Assembly: GCA_020696385.1 (NCBI GenBank)
Contig: JAEHCQ010000006.1
Location: 108,455-172,454 of the forward strand
Source of the DNA: Methanobacteriota archaeon
Lineage (GTDB): Archaea; Thermoplasmatota; Thermoplasmata; SG8-5; JAGLSY01
Reading direction: 5' to 3'
DNA: 64,000 nucleotides
Shown here: positions 19,761 to 31,410 of the stretch, piece by piece
How the letters are laid out: each line of letters begins with the position of its first letter
Numbering within the stretch: the stretch's first letter is position 1
Position numbers and translations under genes: made by a program
Notes under the pieces: generated by a model
Told to the model about the DNA's origin: nothing
The model's input: the letters and a program-made list of their open reading frames with translations, nothing else
The model's database searches: none

Positions 19761-21167
19761 ATGACCTTGATGGTTCAAAACACACTATCCGGCAAGCTAG
19801 AAGAATTCGTACCAGTTAGAGAAGACCAGGTCGGCATGTACGTATGTGGTATCAACACATACGATGACTCCCACATGGGGCATGCGAAGGCCGCGGTGAC
19901 CTTCGATATTATCCGAAGGCATGTGGAAAAGAAGGGCTACAATGTGAAATATGTTATCAATTTCACAGATATCGAGGATCACTGTATCGAGAGGGCGATC
20001 AAACTCGACTGGCCCTTGGATAAGCTTACCGATAAATACATTGCCGAATACCACAAGGACATGTCCGCCCTGGGTGTGAGAAAGGCAGATGTATATCCTG
20101 TAGCCAGCCATCACATGGGGGACATAATCGATGCCATTCAAAAACTGATAGACAAGGGTATGGCCTATGAATCCGGCGGGGATGTTTATTTCAGAGTTGC
20201 AAAGGTCAAGAACTACGGCGTGCTATCCAAGCAAAAGCTTGAAGACATGCAGGCCGGAGCCCGTATCGATATTGATGAAAAGAAAGAAAATCCAATGGAC
20301 TTCACGCTCTGGAAAGTGAAGAAGGAAAATGAGCCATTTTGGAGCTCTCCATGGAGCGAGGGAAGACCCGGCTGGCATATCGAGTGCTCGGTGATGTCGA
20401 TGAAGTATCTTGGCGAGACCTTCGACCTTCATGGCGGAGGGACCGAACTGGTATTTCCACATCATGAAAATGAGATCCTGCAATCCGAGGCATTGTCCAG
20501 CAAGCCATTTGTCAAATATTGGCTTCATGGTGGTCTGATGAACGTGGGCAGTGAGAAGATGTCCAAGTCCCTCAATAATTTCTTCACCATCAAGGATGTG
20601 CTGAAGGAGTTCGATCCGCTTGTTGTTCGATTTTTCCTGCTGAACACCCATTACAAAAAGCCGATAGATTTCAATGATACTGCCCTGGAAGAAGCAAAGC
20701 GCTCTCTTAGCAGGCTCCAGAACACACTGGACAATACCAGGAACGCACTTGCAAAGGCCGATGATACGATAACTGATGGCCTGGTAGGTATTGCCGAGCA
20801 AGCGATCAAGAACTTCGACAAGGCCATGGACAATGATTTCAATTCCAGGGATGCAATCGCATCCATGTTCGATTTTGCAAAAGAGGTAAACAAATATCTC
20901 GAATCCACTTCAATAAGCAAGAACAGCATCGAAGCAATATTGAGAAGCTTCGATGAATTCGACGACCGCCTCACGATCTTCAGAGAATCCTCTGGAGGAC
21001 TGGACAATGAACTGGTCGATGATCTCATGCAGGTGCTTATCGATATCCGCAAGGATGCGAGGGCCAGTAAGAACTTTGAATTATCTGATAAGATAAGGGA
21101 TAAGCTGAAGGAACTGGGCATCACCATCGAGGATACTGCCGATGGTGTTAAGTGGAAAATGTCCTAA
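19761..21167 (+). CDS. cysS: Cysteine--tRNA ligase
   Basis: MYVCG..YD.SHMGH, GRPGWHIECS, FPHHENE, KMSKS. Confidence 0.97.
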   Translation: MTLMVQNTLSGKLEEFVPVREDQVGMYVCGINTYDDSHMGHAKAAVTFDIIRRHVEKKGYNVKYVINFTDIEDHCIERAIKLDWPLDKLTDKYIAEYHKDMSALGVRKADVYPVASHHMGDIIDAIQKLIDKGMAYESGGDVYFRVAKVKNYGVLSKQKLEDMQAGARIDIDEKKENPMDFTLWKVKKENEPFWSSPWSEGRPGWHIECSVMSMKYLGETFDLHGGGTELVFPHHENEILQSEALSSKPFVKYWLHGGLMNVGSEKMSKSLNNFFTIKDVLKEFDPLVVRFFLLNTHYKKPIDFNDTALEEAKRSLSRLQNTLDNTRNALAKADDTITDGLVGIAEQAIKNFDKAMDNDFNSRDAIASMFDFAKEVNKYLESTSISKNSIEAILRSFDEFDDRLTIFRESSGGLDNELVDDLMQVLIDIRKDARASKNFELSDKIRDKLKELGITIEDTADGVKWKMS

Positions 21168-21234
21168 ATATTGATATCTACATTACTGTAAAATATTATA
21201 GTGTCTGTTATTACATAGTATAGACTGGGTTAGT

Positions 21235-22314
21235 TTATACTCCTTCGCTTTCGTATTTTCTTACCAGCCTGCGCAAAACTTCAACGCTGAAGCTCTCTTC
21301 CTCGAAGGGCTGCTTCCTCATCCTGTGGGGTAGAGCCATTTCCGCGGCCACGATAACATCGTCCGCAGTGGATTCCAGATGGCCTTCAAGAGCGGCATTG
21401 GTCCTCGCTGTCTTCTCAATTATTATATCGCCTCTGTGGCCATCTATATTGAAATCAATTCCCAGTCTTGTGATTATCGAGAGTATGTGGTCAGGAGTGG
21501 TTACGTTGGCAAGAATTTCCCTCGCTTCCACTATGGTCTTCTTCAATTCCTCTATATCGTCCTTGAATTCTTCTCTGAAAAGCCATGGATCACTGGCAAA
21601 GGCCTTTGTCTTTTTGATTATCTCCACCCTCTGCTCGACATTGTCAATGCCCTTTACCTCTGCCTGAAGTGCCAGACGGTCAAGCAACTGTGGTCTCAAT
21701 TCTCCTTCTTCAGGGTTCATACTTCCGATAAGAATGAACTTGGATGGGAAGTTAAGACTTATTCCCTCTCTCTCAACGGTAACAACGCCCATTGCTGCTG
21801 CATCCAGAAGCACATCGACTATATTGTCCTCAAGTAGATTTATCTCATCCACATACAGGATGCCTCTGTGAGCCTCTGCGAGTATTCCCGGTTCAAAGGC
21901 CTTAACACCCTGTGACAGAACTTTTTCGATGTCTATGCTGCCTACAAGCCGGTCCTCCGTGATATTAAGCGGAAGATCTACCACATTGATCGGAACCCAA
22001 GTCTCTTGGATTTCTCCTTTTTCATGCTTGGCCTTACATTCAGTACAGTATTTTTCAGGATCCTTTGGGTGACAATTCAATTTGCACCCATCCACGATCA
22101 AGATCTCCGGGAGAATATCCAATAAAGCTCTAACAGCGATGGATTTGGCCGTGCCTTTTTCGCCCCTGATCAATACACCGCCCACATTTGGATTGATGAT
22201 ATTCAGCAAAAGGGCTTTTTTCAAAACTTCCTGGCCAACTATGCCATTGAATGGGTATACAACCCTTTTCGGTTGAGCTTTGGATCCACTTTGTTCAGTA
22301 TCCATTTTGCACAC
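21235..22314 (-). CDS. ChlI/BchI-like AAA+ ATPase (chelatase subunit I family)
   Basis: [74 protein letters not shown]. Confidence 0.88.
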   Translation of the reverse strand: MCKMDTEQSGSKAQPKRVVYPFNGIVGQEVLKKALLLNIINPNVGGVLIRGEKGTAKSIAVRALLDILPEILIVDGCKLNCHPKDPEKYCTECKAKHEKGEIQETWVPINVVDLPLNITEDRLVGSIDIEKVLSQGVKAFEPGILAEAHRGILYVDEINLLEDNIVDVLLDAAAMGVVTVEREGISLNFPSKFILIGSMNPEEGELRPQLLDRLALQAEVKGIDNVEQRVEIIKKTKAFASDPWLFREEFKDDIEELKKTIVEAREILANVTTPDHILSIITRLGIDFNIDGHRGDIIIEKTARTNAALEGHLESTADDVIVAAEMALPHRMRKQPFEEESFSVEVLRRLVRKYESEGV

Positions 22315-22318
22315 CCGC

Positions 22319-25300
22319 TTATTCTAGATCGGCTTCCCTCTTATCAATAAGCCTTCTTAGCATTTCTTCACTGAATTCTTCATCATCTTCGAATGCCCTT
22401 CTCTTCATCCTGTGTGGCAGGGCCATTGAGGCAGCTACGATAATATCTTCTGTGGATGTTTCCATTCTACCTTCAAAGGCCGCGTTTGCACGTGCCGCCC
22501 TCTCTATTATGATATCCGCTCTGTGGCCATCGACATTGAAGTCCATGCACACCTGAGCAATTAGCTTGAACATCCTTTCTGGAGTGGTCACCTTGGATAG
22601 AAGTCCATTCGCTCTTTCTATCTTATCGACCAGTTCTTTCCTCGATGCCTCGAACTTCTCCCTGAATTTCAATGGTTCCGAGGTGAACTCTTCACGACGT
22701 CTCACAATATCTATCCTCTTACCAACATCTTTGATACCGATAACATCAGTCTGTAAAGCGATCCTGTCCAATATCTGTGGTCTCAATTCACCTTCTTCAG
22801 GGTTCATACTTCCCACGATCAAGAACCTTGATGGATGGCTCAGACTGATTCCTTCTCTTTCAATAGTGACAATGCCAGAACCTGCTGCATCAAGTAAAAT
22901 ATCAACTATATAATCATCCAGCAGGTTTATCTCATCAACATACAGGACACCTCTATGAGCCTCGGCAAGTATGCCCGGCTCGAAGGATTTCACACCTTCT
23001 GTAAGAACTTTCTCGATGTCTATACTTCCAACGAGACGATCTTCAGTAACATTCAATGGCAGATCAACGACCTGGACCTGTCTCGTGTGGACCTTTAAAT
23101 TACCTGCCTTGTGTCTGGCCGCACATTCTGTACAGAATTTATCTTCTTCCTTTGGATCGCAATTGAACTTACATCCTGTGACCTCGATATCTGGAAGGAT
23201 CTCAGATAGCCCTCTGACCGAAACAGATTTTCCGGTTCCTTTCTGTCCTCTGATTAGAACCCCGCCGATCTCGGGATAAATTGCATTGAGAGTAAGTGCG
23301 CTCTTCATCTTTTCCTGGCCAACCATGGCGGTGAATGGGAATAGAACACGCTTCTGCTTACCTCTGTCAAGCATCTTGTTTGCAGCCTCTTTAAGCTTCA
23401 GCTTGTCTTCCTCATCCATTCTGTGTCTCATCTGACTTTCCAGCTCAGTTCGGAGATTCATCATCTCCTGCTCTTTCATTCTTAATTTTTCTCTATTGTC
23501 ATCGAGCAGGTTCTTCTGAATGTCCAGTTCACTTCTTGAATGGATCAGTTCCTCTTCCTTCATCTTGAGCTTCTCTTCCTCCTCCATCATCATGTCATCC
23601 GCACGTTTCTCCAGCTCTGTCTGGATGAGACTTTCCATCTCTTCTTCCTTCATACGTAGCTTTTCTTCCTCTTCAGCCATGTGCTGGGTCTTGAGCTCCA
23701 ATTCTGAACGTATGGCAGAGACCTCTTCCTCCTTCATTCGGAGTTTCTCTTCTTCCATCTGGATCTGGTCTGAAAGTGATTCTAATTCTGTCTTGATCTC
23801 ATTGATCTCTTCATCCTTGAGGCGTAATTTCTCTTCCTCTTCCTGGATCATCTGTTCATAATTTTCTTCCAGCTTCTGCTGTATCTCCTCAATTTCCTCT
23901 TCCTTTTCTAGATAAAGTTCAAGCTCATCTCTTGAATTATCTGCAAGGACATCTGGGTATTTGAAAAAGATCAGGTAGAAATCAAGGATAATTACCATAA
24001 TAAGAATGATGAGAGTTATCGTTATAAGGATCAAGTCACCTTGAAGGAATTGGGAGCTATAGGCCACATCCATACCAAGACCAATGGCCATGAGGCTTGA
24101 TGGGATCAGTGATATTACGAGATTGGCCTTTCGATCCCAGAAATGAAGTATGGCGGAGCTCATTGATAATAACATGGCGAGAAGTAGGATCGATATGCTT
24201 GAGATATTACCAAAGGTCGGAACAAGGCTGAATGATACGGACGGTACTCCCGTATCATTAATCATATTGGTCACTATAAGTATGAATTCGACCAGAACGA
24301 ATATGGCAAGGAATATGTAGAAAAATAATGTTATCAAACTCATATTGTAATAATTGAAGAAACCGTCCTTCTTCTTTTCTTCATCAAGTATCTCATCGAT
24401 CTCTTTCTTCTTTTTTCGATCCCTGATCTTTGCCTCTATCTTGTCTTTTTTCATCTCGGCCTTTGGATCATATTCATCTTCAAGTCCATCAGAGTCGGGA
24501 TCTGCATCCATATCTTCTGGATCGTCAATGTCGCCAGCTTTCTTTTTGCCTTTCTTACCCCATCTGGATGCCTTTTTCTCTTTTGCTTTTGTATCTTCTT
24601 TTGGTTCTTCATCCACTTCTATTTGATCGTCATCTGGTGTTTCTTCCACTTCCTCGTCTGAGACTGTTTCATCTTCAACACCGTCCTCTTCAACAACATC
24701 TTCAGTGGTCTCTTCTTCGACCTCTTCTTCATCAATAGTATCTGGCTCAAATGTTGTAAGGTCTGTATAACAATTAGAACATATCTCGGCTGTTTTATCG
24801 ATGCCCTTTGCACATGATGGGCATCTCTTTGAATGGGTTAGGTCATAGTCACAGATCGGGCACTTTTCACTGTCTGTGTTGATAACATCATCACACGATG
24901 GACAGAGCATCTGATCATCCTCTATTATGATTTCCTCGATCTCCTCATCTGGATCACTGTCCTCTTCTTCTATGATCTCTTCTTCCTCTTCCACAACCTC
25001 ATCTTCGGTTATGTCCATTTCCTGGCCAGGATCATCATCATCTGTTTCATCATCCTCATCAACTGTTAAGGACTCATCTGGAGAATCTCCTCCGATCGTT
25101 CCAAGATCCCATTCGCCAGAGCTCTCATCTGATTCTTCTGATGCAACCTCTTCTTCCTCTGGGTTTTCTTCGATCTCTTCATCTCCAAGATCAAGGTCTA
25201 GCTCTTCTATGGTTGAATCTACATCATCATCAAGATCCAGATCACTTAGATCAAGGCTGTTAGAATTATCTTGCTCTTCTTCTATGATCTCTTCTTCTTC

Positions 25301-25393
25301 ATCAACAGGCGGCAGGTCAGCTCCACAATTGCTACATTCGGTTGTCGAATCGTCGTATGTCAGTGCTTGGCACATGAGGCATATTCTATCCAT
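22319..25393 (-). CDS. Multidomain membrane protein: zinc ribbons, acidic tract, 4 TM, repetitive coiled coil, C-terminal ChlI-type AAA+ domain
   Basis: Three CxxC..CxxC ribbons; four hydrophobic segments; [11 protein letters not shown] repeats; [35 protein letters not shown]. Confidence 0.85.
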   Translation of the reverse strand: MDRICLMCQALTYDDSTTECSNCGADLPPVDEEEEIIEEEQDNSNSLDLSDLDLDDDVDSTIEELDLDLGDEEIEENPEEEEVASEESDESSGEWDLGTIGGDSPDESLTVDEDDETDDDDPGQEMDITEDEVVEEEEEIIEEEDSDPDEEIEEIIIEDDQMLCPSCDDVINTDSEKCPICDYDLTHSKRCPSCAKGIDKTAEICSNCYTDLTTFEPDTIDEEEVEEETTEDVVEEDGVEDETVSDEEVEETPDDDQIEVDEEPKEDTKAKEKKASRWGKKGKKKAGDIDDPEDMDADPDSDGLEDEYDPKAEMKKDKIEAKIRDRKKKKEIDEILDEEKKKDGFFNYYNMSLITLFFYIFLAIFVLVEFILIVTNMINDTGVPSVSFSLVPTFGNISSISILLLAMLLSMSSAILHFWDRKANLVISLIPSSLMAIGLGMDVAYSSQFLQGDLILITITLIILIMVIILDFYLIFFKYPDVLADNSRDELELYLEKEEEIEEIQQKLEENYEQMIQEEEEKLRLKDEEINEIKTELESLSDQIQMEEEKLRMKEEEVSAIRSELELKTQHMAEEEEKLRMKEEEMESLIQTELEKRADDMMMEEEEKLKMKEEELIHSRSELDIQKNLLDDNREKLRMKEQEMMNLRTELESQMRHRMDEEDKLKLKEAANKMLDRGKQKRVLFPFTAMVGQEKMKSALTLNAIYPEIGGVLIRGQKGTGKSVSVRGLSEILPDIEVTGCKFNCDPKEEDKFCTECAARHKAGNLKVHTRQVQVVDLPLNVTEDRLVGSIDIEKVLTEGVKSFEPGILAEAHRGVLYVDEINLLDDYIVDILLDAAGSGIVTIEREGISLSHPSRFLIVGSMNPEEGELRPQILDRIALQTDVIGIKDVGKRIDIVRRREEFTSEPLKFREKFEASRKELVDKIERANGLLSKVTTPERMFKLIAQVCMDFNVDGHRADIIIERAARANAAFEGRMETSTEDIIVAASMALPHRMKRRAFEDDEEFSEEMLRRLIDKREADLE

Positions 25394-25409
25394 TTTTAAC
25401 CTACCATTC

Positions 25410-26090
25410 TTATTTTCCTGTTTCTATCAATTTTGCTAATTTATTACTGTTCAATCGCCTGTATACGATAAAGCCAGCTCCGAGCAATGCAGCCATGAAT
25501 GAGATACCTATTGGCACGTTCACATCCTCGTCGAAATATGGTGGGATCTCATAATCTGCCGAGAACGGCCCCTGATAACCACATCTGGCCTCTTTCATAT
25601 CATAGGCATCGATCTTGATGACATCTCCTGAGAATTGGGTTAATGCAAAGCTAACATTCAGTCCAATGGGGTCAATTGAATTATCCTCCCACTCGCCTAT
25701 ATGATATGGGAGATACACTGAATTATCTTCATCCAGGTAATTCCCGGTAGTCTCAACCCAATCAATGACAGCAATTCTTGCATTCAAGTCCGTGTACTGC
25801 TTATAGGTTATATTGCAGATCTCATGGCCATTTCCATCCAGAACGACCAAAGTTATGTTGTAAATGTCACTCCAGCCATTCAGATCCCTCAATGAGATAT
25901 GAACCATTATTAGACCATTGTGATCATCCACAAATACATCGACCATTGAGGGTGGATCATTGGATACACCAATACCACCGGCCTGAGCATCAACAATGTC
26001 TGGCAAATAGACAAAAGCAAGGCTGAACACTAACAACAAACTGAATATTTTTCCAATTGTGATTGGATTCATCCTCCTCCCGTTTGACAT
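25410..26090 (-). CDS. Exported protein with signal peptide and C-terminal membrane anchor, unknown function
   Basis: Hydrophobic N-terminus ending VDA-Q; C-terminal PIGISFMAALLGAGFIVYRR. Confidence 0.75.
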   Translation of the reverse strand: MSNGRRMNPITIGKIFSLLLVFSLAFVYLPDIVDAQAGGIGVSNDPPSMVDVFVDDHNGLIMVHISLRDLNGWSDIYNITLVVLDGNGHEICNITYKQYTDLNARIAVIDWVETTGNYLDEDNSVYLPYHIGEWEDNSIDPIGLNVSFALTQFSGDVIKIDAYDMKEARCGYQGPFSADYEIPPYFDEDVNVPIGISFMAALLGAGFIVYRRLNSNKLAKLIETGK

Positions 26091-26165
26091 AGATACCCCT
26101 CTGAACATTTAAAATCGGGTTTGTATAACATATACTTTATTATATATATTAATTATCCATAGAAC

Positions 26166-27587
26166 TCAAACCCATTTTTTCTTCTTTCGTCGCTTGTAGC
26201 CTGAACCTCCTTTTTTCTCGGCTTTCTCTTCTTCTTCCTTTCTTTTTCTTTCTTTCTCTGATTTGTGACCTTGATATGCCATTATCAGGAATGCCAATAC
26301 AATTCCTACAATGATCAATGATATTGCCAATATGTTCATTGGGCCAAGTCCGACATCTTCTTCCTCCTCCAGAAAGGTCTTGGCCTTGACCACAATGGTT
26401 GTTGTGAATTGGCCGGAGTTTGCGAAATCATCGGTCTCAGCCATGAAATTAACGTAGGCCAGCATAGATGGCTGACCTCTTGGTGGGGCAATTGAACAAT
26501 TAATAGTTACAAGCATATGGGTCTCTGTATCTGAAGATACCTGTGCATACACTGGCTGTGTTACTTCAATATCATTTTGAAGTATATTGACAAGGGAGAG
26601 TTTATCTACCTCTGTAGATAGATGGCTATCCTTTGTTCCAGTTAAGTAAAGATCGAGCCCCAGCTCATCATTGTAATCTGCGATCAACCTGCTTTTGTAT
26701 TGGACCACCAAACCAGACATTTGGAAGATATCATATCCGGGTCTAGCCACCTTGACGATCACATTGAATGCAGATTCTGGTGCAAGTATGAATGATATCA
26801 TGGTCGGTGTCACCAACATCTTTGGCTCCCCATGTATCCTACCTTTTACAGTGAATTCTCTTGGACTCCATTTCTCTGCTCTGAATGCTATATGATGAAC
26901 TCTCTCCTCACCCAGGTGACTTATGCCAGTGGAGTTGGTAGTTGTGAATAACTCATCATAATCATCATATGATATATCAAAGTCCATAGGAACGTTGCCT
27001 GAGTTCTTTGTTGTGAAATAAGTGGTATTCTGTGGATCATCTTGCATGTATGAATCGATCGAATCCGTTTGGAAAGGAGACACATTGAAATAGAAATTCG
27101 GACCTGAAAATGCTATGCCAGACACTGGTGCTTCCACTATGAAGGTCTCATTCCATTCTTGAATTGCCTGGTCATCAACGATTATCGAAAGGATCCATTG
27201 TCCTGGCGTGGCGTTCCCAATCATACCAAGATAAAAGCAATATGTATTTTCATAGACACTGGACAGGTCGGAATTTATGAAATCAGTGTACAAATGATCA
27301 GTCCAGATAGAATTATTGTAGGACCAATGATAGTAATTCGTTATATCCGTGTTATTATGTTTTATGGAATAGGCGTACACATCAATAGTATTGGCTGGCG
27401 AGTTCAATTCAATGGTCAGATTGTGCAAAACACCCGCAACTGTGATATCCATTCCATCACGCTGTCTTAACACCTCTCCCGATATGCGAAGCTCCACCGA
27501 ATCGACCAGCTGGGCCTCGGCAAATGTTGGAATAATGGATATTAGAAATAATAGACTCAATATTATAGCCAAAGGTTTCTTGATCAT
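26166..27587 (-). CDS. Exported beta-rich surface protein with C-terminal TM and Lys/Glu-rich tail, unknown function
   Basis: MIKKP signal ending AEA-Q with GGTGA SD; many N-x-S/T sequons; TM then KSEKERKRKEEEEK...KRRKKKKWV. Confidence 0.75.
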   Translation of the reverse strand: MIKKPLAIILSLLFLISIIPTFAEAQLVDSVELRISGEVLRQRDGMDITVAGVLHNLTIELNSPANTIDVYAYSIKHNNTDITNYYHWSYNNSIWTDHLYTDFINSDLSSVYENTYCFYLGMIGNATPGQWILSIIVDDQAIQEWNETFIVEAPVSGIAFSGPNFYFNVSPFQTDSIDSYMQDDPQNTTYFTTKNSGNVPMDFDISYDDYDELFTTTNSTGISHLGEERVHHIAFRAEKWSPREFTVKGRIHGEPKMLVTPTMISFILAPESAFNVIVKVARPGYDIFQMSGLVVQYKSRLIADYNDELGLDLYLTGTKDSHLSTEVDKLSLVNILQNDIEVTQPVYAQVSSDTETHMLVTINCSIAPPRGQPSMLAYVNFMAETDDFANSGQFTTTIVVKAKTFLEEEEDVGLGPMNILAISLIIVGIVLAFLIMAYQGHKSEKERKRKEEEEKAEKKGGSGYKRRKKKKWV

Positions 27588-27762
27588 CAATTCACCCATT
27601 ATGCTCAGAGATGCTATATACATATATGCATGGCTAACATAGCTAAGCAACTTACTCAGATAAAGTTGGTTAAAGTATATATTATTTATGCGCGTGTGTT
27701 ATATAATATTACGTTTTAGATCACAAGATCCTGCTCATTGTACGCATCCCGTAATAATTTGA

Positions 27763-28776
27763 TCATATCAGATACATATCATCATCTATCTTGATGATCG
27801 TGGTCTCCTGACCTTCTGAAATATAATCCTGAGGCTTTTTTATCGTAATTGGCTTAAAAGTCACTGGATCCATGATCTGGATCTCTTTTTCCCCTTCATG
27901 AATTATGACTGCTTTGGAGATAGTATAACCTCCCATGTTCACAGTGAACTTATTGAACTCATCATATCTGATCTTCTTCTTTCCCCAGGTGTTCAGATCT
28001 TTTAAGAATGCAAAATTCTTCGATACAGAAGTAACAATATATGTATCCTTTTTATCTGACACGATATCATCCTTTCTCATCTTCGGGAGCCTTAACGAGT
28101 AAGTATAACGGAATACATCCTTTCCATCATTTTGCCCGAATATTCTGGATGTCTCTGTGACCTTGCCCCCAAAACGGCTCTGAAGATCCCGCACCTGGGA
28201 CTTTGATAATCCCGATGAGCCCATGTAATAATCTGTCCCGCCCTTTACCTTTGATTCCTTTGTCAGAAAGGCCTGCCTATCTGATTTATTCTCATCAAGA
28301 CTTTTATTGAGGAATCTGCTGATACCTTCCATATCTGAATCTGATGGATCTCTTCCATCACCTCTTATCTGGATGATGGCTTCAAAATATCCGCCTCTCT
28401 TTCTGCTACATACGTCACAGACCTGTTTCTTTGTTCTCAATTTGAAGCTCAATGGGATCTCAAGAAATAATTCCTCTATGTTTATCTCAACAGATAATTC
28501 GATCTGGAATTCATTCGTTCCCTCTGGGAATTCATCAAAATCTATGGACGGATCACTCACAAGTTTATCAAATTCCAGATTATTCTCTACTATTGTCTGC
28601 ATCCCATCGAATGGCCTGACCCAGGACGAGCTTCCGATAAGGTAATCTCCACATTCTGGACAAATAATGCGCTTGACATAAGGGGGAACCTTCACAAGCT
28701 CCCTGTCATCTATAAGGCATTTCTCGCAAAGATTTCCGTATGTTCTTTCATCAGAACCACATTTTATGCAATACAT
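27763..28776 (-). CDS. nmd3: NMD3 family ribosome biogenesis protein
   Basis: CIKCG..LCEKC, CPECG, CDVCSR..GGYFEAIIQIR, QIMDP.TF. Confidence 0.88.
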   Translation of the reverse strand: MYCIKCGSDERTYGNLCEKCLIDDRELVKVPPYVKRIICPECGDYLIGSSSWVRPFDGMQTIVENNLEFDKLVSDPSIDFDEFPEGTNEFQIELSVEINIEELFLEIPLSFKLRTKKQVCDVCSRKRGGYFEAIIQIRGDGRDPSDSDMEGISRFLNKSLDENKSDRQAFLTKESKVKGGTDYYMGSSGLSKSQVRDLQSRFGGKVTETSRIFGQNDGKDVFRYTYSLRLPKMRKDDIVSDKKDTYIVTSVSKNFAFLKDLNTWGKKKIRYDEFNKFTVNMGGYTISKAVIIHEGEKEIQIMDPVTFKPITIKKPQDYISEGQETTIIKIDDDMYLI

Positions 28777-28797
28777 ATCAAAACCTATCAATAACAC

Positions 28798-29097
28798 CTA
28801 ACAGTAATATATCTGGACATGCGGAATGCCTGCTATCTCGATGACAGCATCTTCATCCACATACCCCAGCTTGATCCCCAGAGATATGGTCTCTTTTCCA
28901 AAGAGATTCATTGTCGATGCCTGAGAGAATAATACCTCCAGATCCTCTTCATCAACTGGCTGTATGCCATAAAACCCCTCCGATAATGATAATTTTAAAT
29001 CTCCATCATTCAATGTGGTTCCGATCAGTTCCTGGTCACAAGCTGCGAGAAGAGCAGTACTATCTTGTCTGTGCATTCGTGCAGTTATCATAATCAC
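28798..29097 (-). CDS. DUF424 family protein
   Basis: LLAACD.ELIG, FYG, NLFG, IAGIPHVQ; typical position beside nmd3. Confidence 0.85.
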   Translation of the reverse strand: MIMITARMHRQDSTALLAACDQELIGTTLNDGDLKLSLSEGFYGIQPVDEEDLEVLFSQASTMNLFGKETISLGIKLGYVDEDAVIEIAGIPHVQIYYC

Positions 29098-31232
29098 AAC
29101 TCATGGACCAATCTATATAATGGCTTTCCATCGAACAATCCCGACTGATATAGCTCGCCACCTCGGCGCATCTTATCAAAGATCTTAGTTGCTTCAGAAT
29201 CCATTATACCATGTTCGAATGCAGAATCCACAAAGTCCTTTTCACTGAAGCCATTTGCATCATCCTTCAGGAGCTCTGTTATTATCATTCGCACTTCTTT
29301 CATCTTGTCTCGCTGGGCTTTGGGATTTCCAGTATTGATCACATCCGTGTCCCAATTTTCGAATGAACCACGGCCAAGTACACGCCTGAAGAATTCCTGA
29401 GATATTCGTTTGGCCCTTTCTGCATCATCGATCGTCACTTCTTCGCTCATCCTTCCTCTTGCACTTGCCTCTGCCAATCTAACAAAAGCCTCCAATTGCC
29501 TGGCAGTTATCGGGACAGTTCCCTCCTCTCCCATTTTTCTGACCTCAAGGTAGTAATTCTTGAGGGTTTCCATCGCTGAATCCGTCATTACAGGGGATAT
29601 TTTCTTTGCAACAAAAACGTATTTTCTCAGTATCTTCTGCTCGATCTGGGGTTTGTGTATGGCTCTAAGGTCATCCAGTTGTTTTGTTGTGCTAATTCCT
29701 GTCTCGCCCCCGGATGCTTCATTGCTCATTGTCATTTCACCTAAAAGGTGAGAACGAAGGATGTGGGAAGCTATCTTAGCATCATTCATTTGATCAGGTT
29801 TGTCAGATATAGGGAATATCATATCGAACCTGGACAATAATGTGGTCGGTATATTGATCTGAGAGAATATGTAATCATTCTGGTCGAACCTGCCTTCTTT
29901 AGGGTTTGCAGCTGCGAGGACCGAGCATCTTGATTGAAGTGTGGCTGTAATTCCAGCTTTGGCGATGGATATCGTCTGTTGTTCCATTGCTTCGTGCATA
30001 CTGCTACTATCTTGCTTGCTCATCTTATCAAGTTCATCAACACAAGCGAGACCCTTATCTGCCAGCACAAGAGCTCCAGCCTCCAGGGTCCAACGTCCAT
30101 CACCGCTCTCATCTTTTACCGCTGCAGCTGTCAACCCCGCACTTGTGGATGATTTTCCAGAAGCATAGATGCCTCTGGGTGTGATATTGGACATATAATT
30201 CAGCAATTGCGACTTTGCAGTTCCAGGATCTCCAACCAATAATATGTGTATATCTCCTCTTAACTTCGTCCCATCTGGCATCTTCTTACTGAGGCCACCA
30301 AACAATTGAAGGATAAGAGCCTCTTTCTCGACCTCCAATCCATATATGGTGGGGGAAACAGATTGGACCAATTTCGCATAGATATCTGGATCTGAAGCAA
30401 GCCTCTGAATTTCTGCATGCTCTTCCTCAGATATCTCGATCTCATCGAACTCCGCCTCTATGACATCTATACTGTTGACATCCAGGTATATGTCAAAAGT
30501 GGTCATCTGATTCTGCCCCTTCCTCTGCATCCTTGTCTTGAGGATACCATTGATTACGATCCTGTCGCCAGGATATGTCTCTCCAGTTAGATCATCCTCA
30601 ACTATCGAAAATAGAAACTGTGCCAATGCGCCACCACGAAGTTTTTCGGGTCTTTCCTGTATCTCGATCTTCTGAGTATCTATGAATGTCGAGTCTGAAA
30701 TATTAGGTATGAATCTTGTAGCTCCACGAGCTCTCCCACATCCCCCAATATCATTGGGGCATTCCATTGGTTCGTGTAGGATAGTATCCTCCTGATGAAC
30801 TATCTGTTTTGTATGGCATCTTGCACATTCGAAAACAGCTCTCTGAACTCTTGGTCTTACATCGGAAGCTCTCTTGACCACTCCCTCTATCGATAAAAAA
30901 TTACCAAGATGTTTGCTCCTAATCTTTCGAACCTCTGTTCTGAGATCCTTTGGGATATTCATTATTCTGAGCTTTAGTTCCACACCTTCTGAGGTTGGAG
31001 GTATGAACTCTTTTATGGCCTGTTCTCCAGATGATATTATCCTATTTGGGTCGGTCAATAGCGATATTGCCATCTCATTATCATATCTATCAATATCTTC
31101 AAACTTAACCTTGAGACTTTTTTCCTCTGGATAGATATCACTGAGGGATTTGATCTTAGGTACGTAGTTTGATTCTTCGAGGATCTCTCCCCATTTCTGA
31201 ACCAGTGTTTCCTGGGTCTGTTCTGCGGCCAT
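29094..31232 (-). CDS. mcm: Replicative helicase MCM (no intein)
   Basis: CARC..CPNDIGGC zinc site, GDPGTAKSQ, LEAGALVLAD, VDELDKM, SRFD, TARQLE. Confidence 0.96.
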   Translation of the reverse strand: MAAEQTQETLVQKWGEILEESNYVPKIKSLSDIYPEEKSLKVKFEDIDRYDNEMAISLLTDPNRIISSGEQAIKEFIPPTSEGVELKLRIMNIPKDLRTEVRKIRSKHLGNFLSIEGVVKRASDVRPRVQRAVFECARCHTKQIVHQEDTILHEPMECPNDIGGCGRARGATRFIPNISDSTFIDTQKIEIQERPEKLRGGALAQFLFSIVEDDLTGETYPGDRIVINGILKTRMQRKGQNQMTTFDIYLDVNSIDVIEAEFDEIEISEEEHAEIQRLASDPDIYAKLVQSVSPTIYGLEVEKEALILQLFGGLSKKMPDGTKLRGDIHILLVGDPGTAKSQLLNYMSNITPRGIYASGKSSTSAGLTAAAVKDESGDGRWTLEAGALVLADKGLACVDELDKMSKQDSSSMHEAMEQQTISIAKAGITATLQSRCSVLAAANPKEGRFDQNDYIFSQINIPTTLLSRFDMIFPISDKPDQMNDAKIASHILRSHLLGEMTMSNEASGGETGISTTKQLDDLRAIHKPQIEQKILRKYVFVAKKISPVMTDSAMETLKNYYLEVRKMGEEGTVPITARQLEAFVRLAEASARGRMSEEVTIDDAERAKRISQEFFRRVLGRGSFENWDTDVINTGNPKAQRDKMKEVRMIITELLKDDANGFSEKDFVDSAFEHGIMDSEATKIFDKMRRGGELYQSGLFDGKPLYRLVHEL

Positions 31233-31410
31233 GCTACTAACTCCCCCTTTTAAAGGACTGGACACGAGAATATCCGTGGCCATCTGCCCAAATCAAGGTA
31301 ACCACTTGGTAAATCATAAGTGGTATAAATAATCCATTAATATTTTTCATTTAAGTCATCTGGATCGGGTAATTAAAATATTTTAGCTTTCTCACTTAGT
31401 GTGATAAAAA

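Noticed and set aside
21235-25393. Mg-chelatase / chlorophyll synthesis interpretation
   Set aside because: No ChlH/CobN, no VWA domain and no tetrapyrrole genes in the window
27763-31232. mcm-DUF424-nmd3 cluster; possible inteins in mcm or rtcB
   Set aside because: Ordinary archaeal neighbourhood; protein lengths and motifs are continuous with no intein
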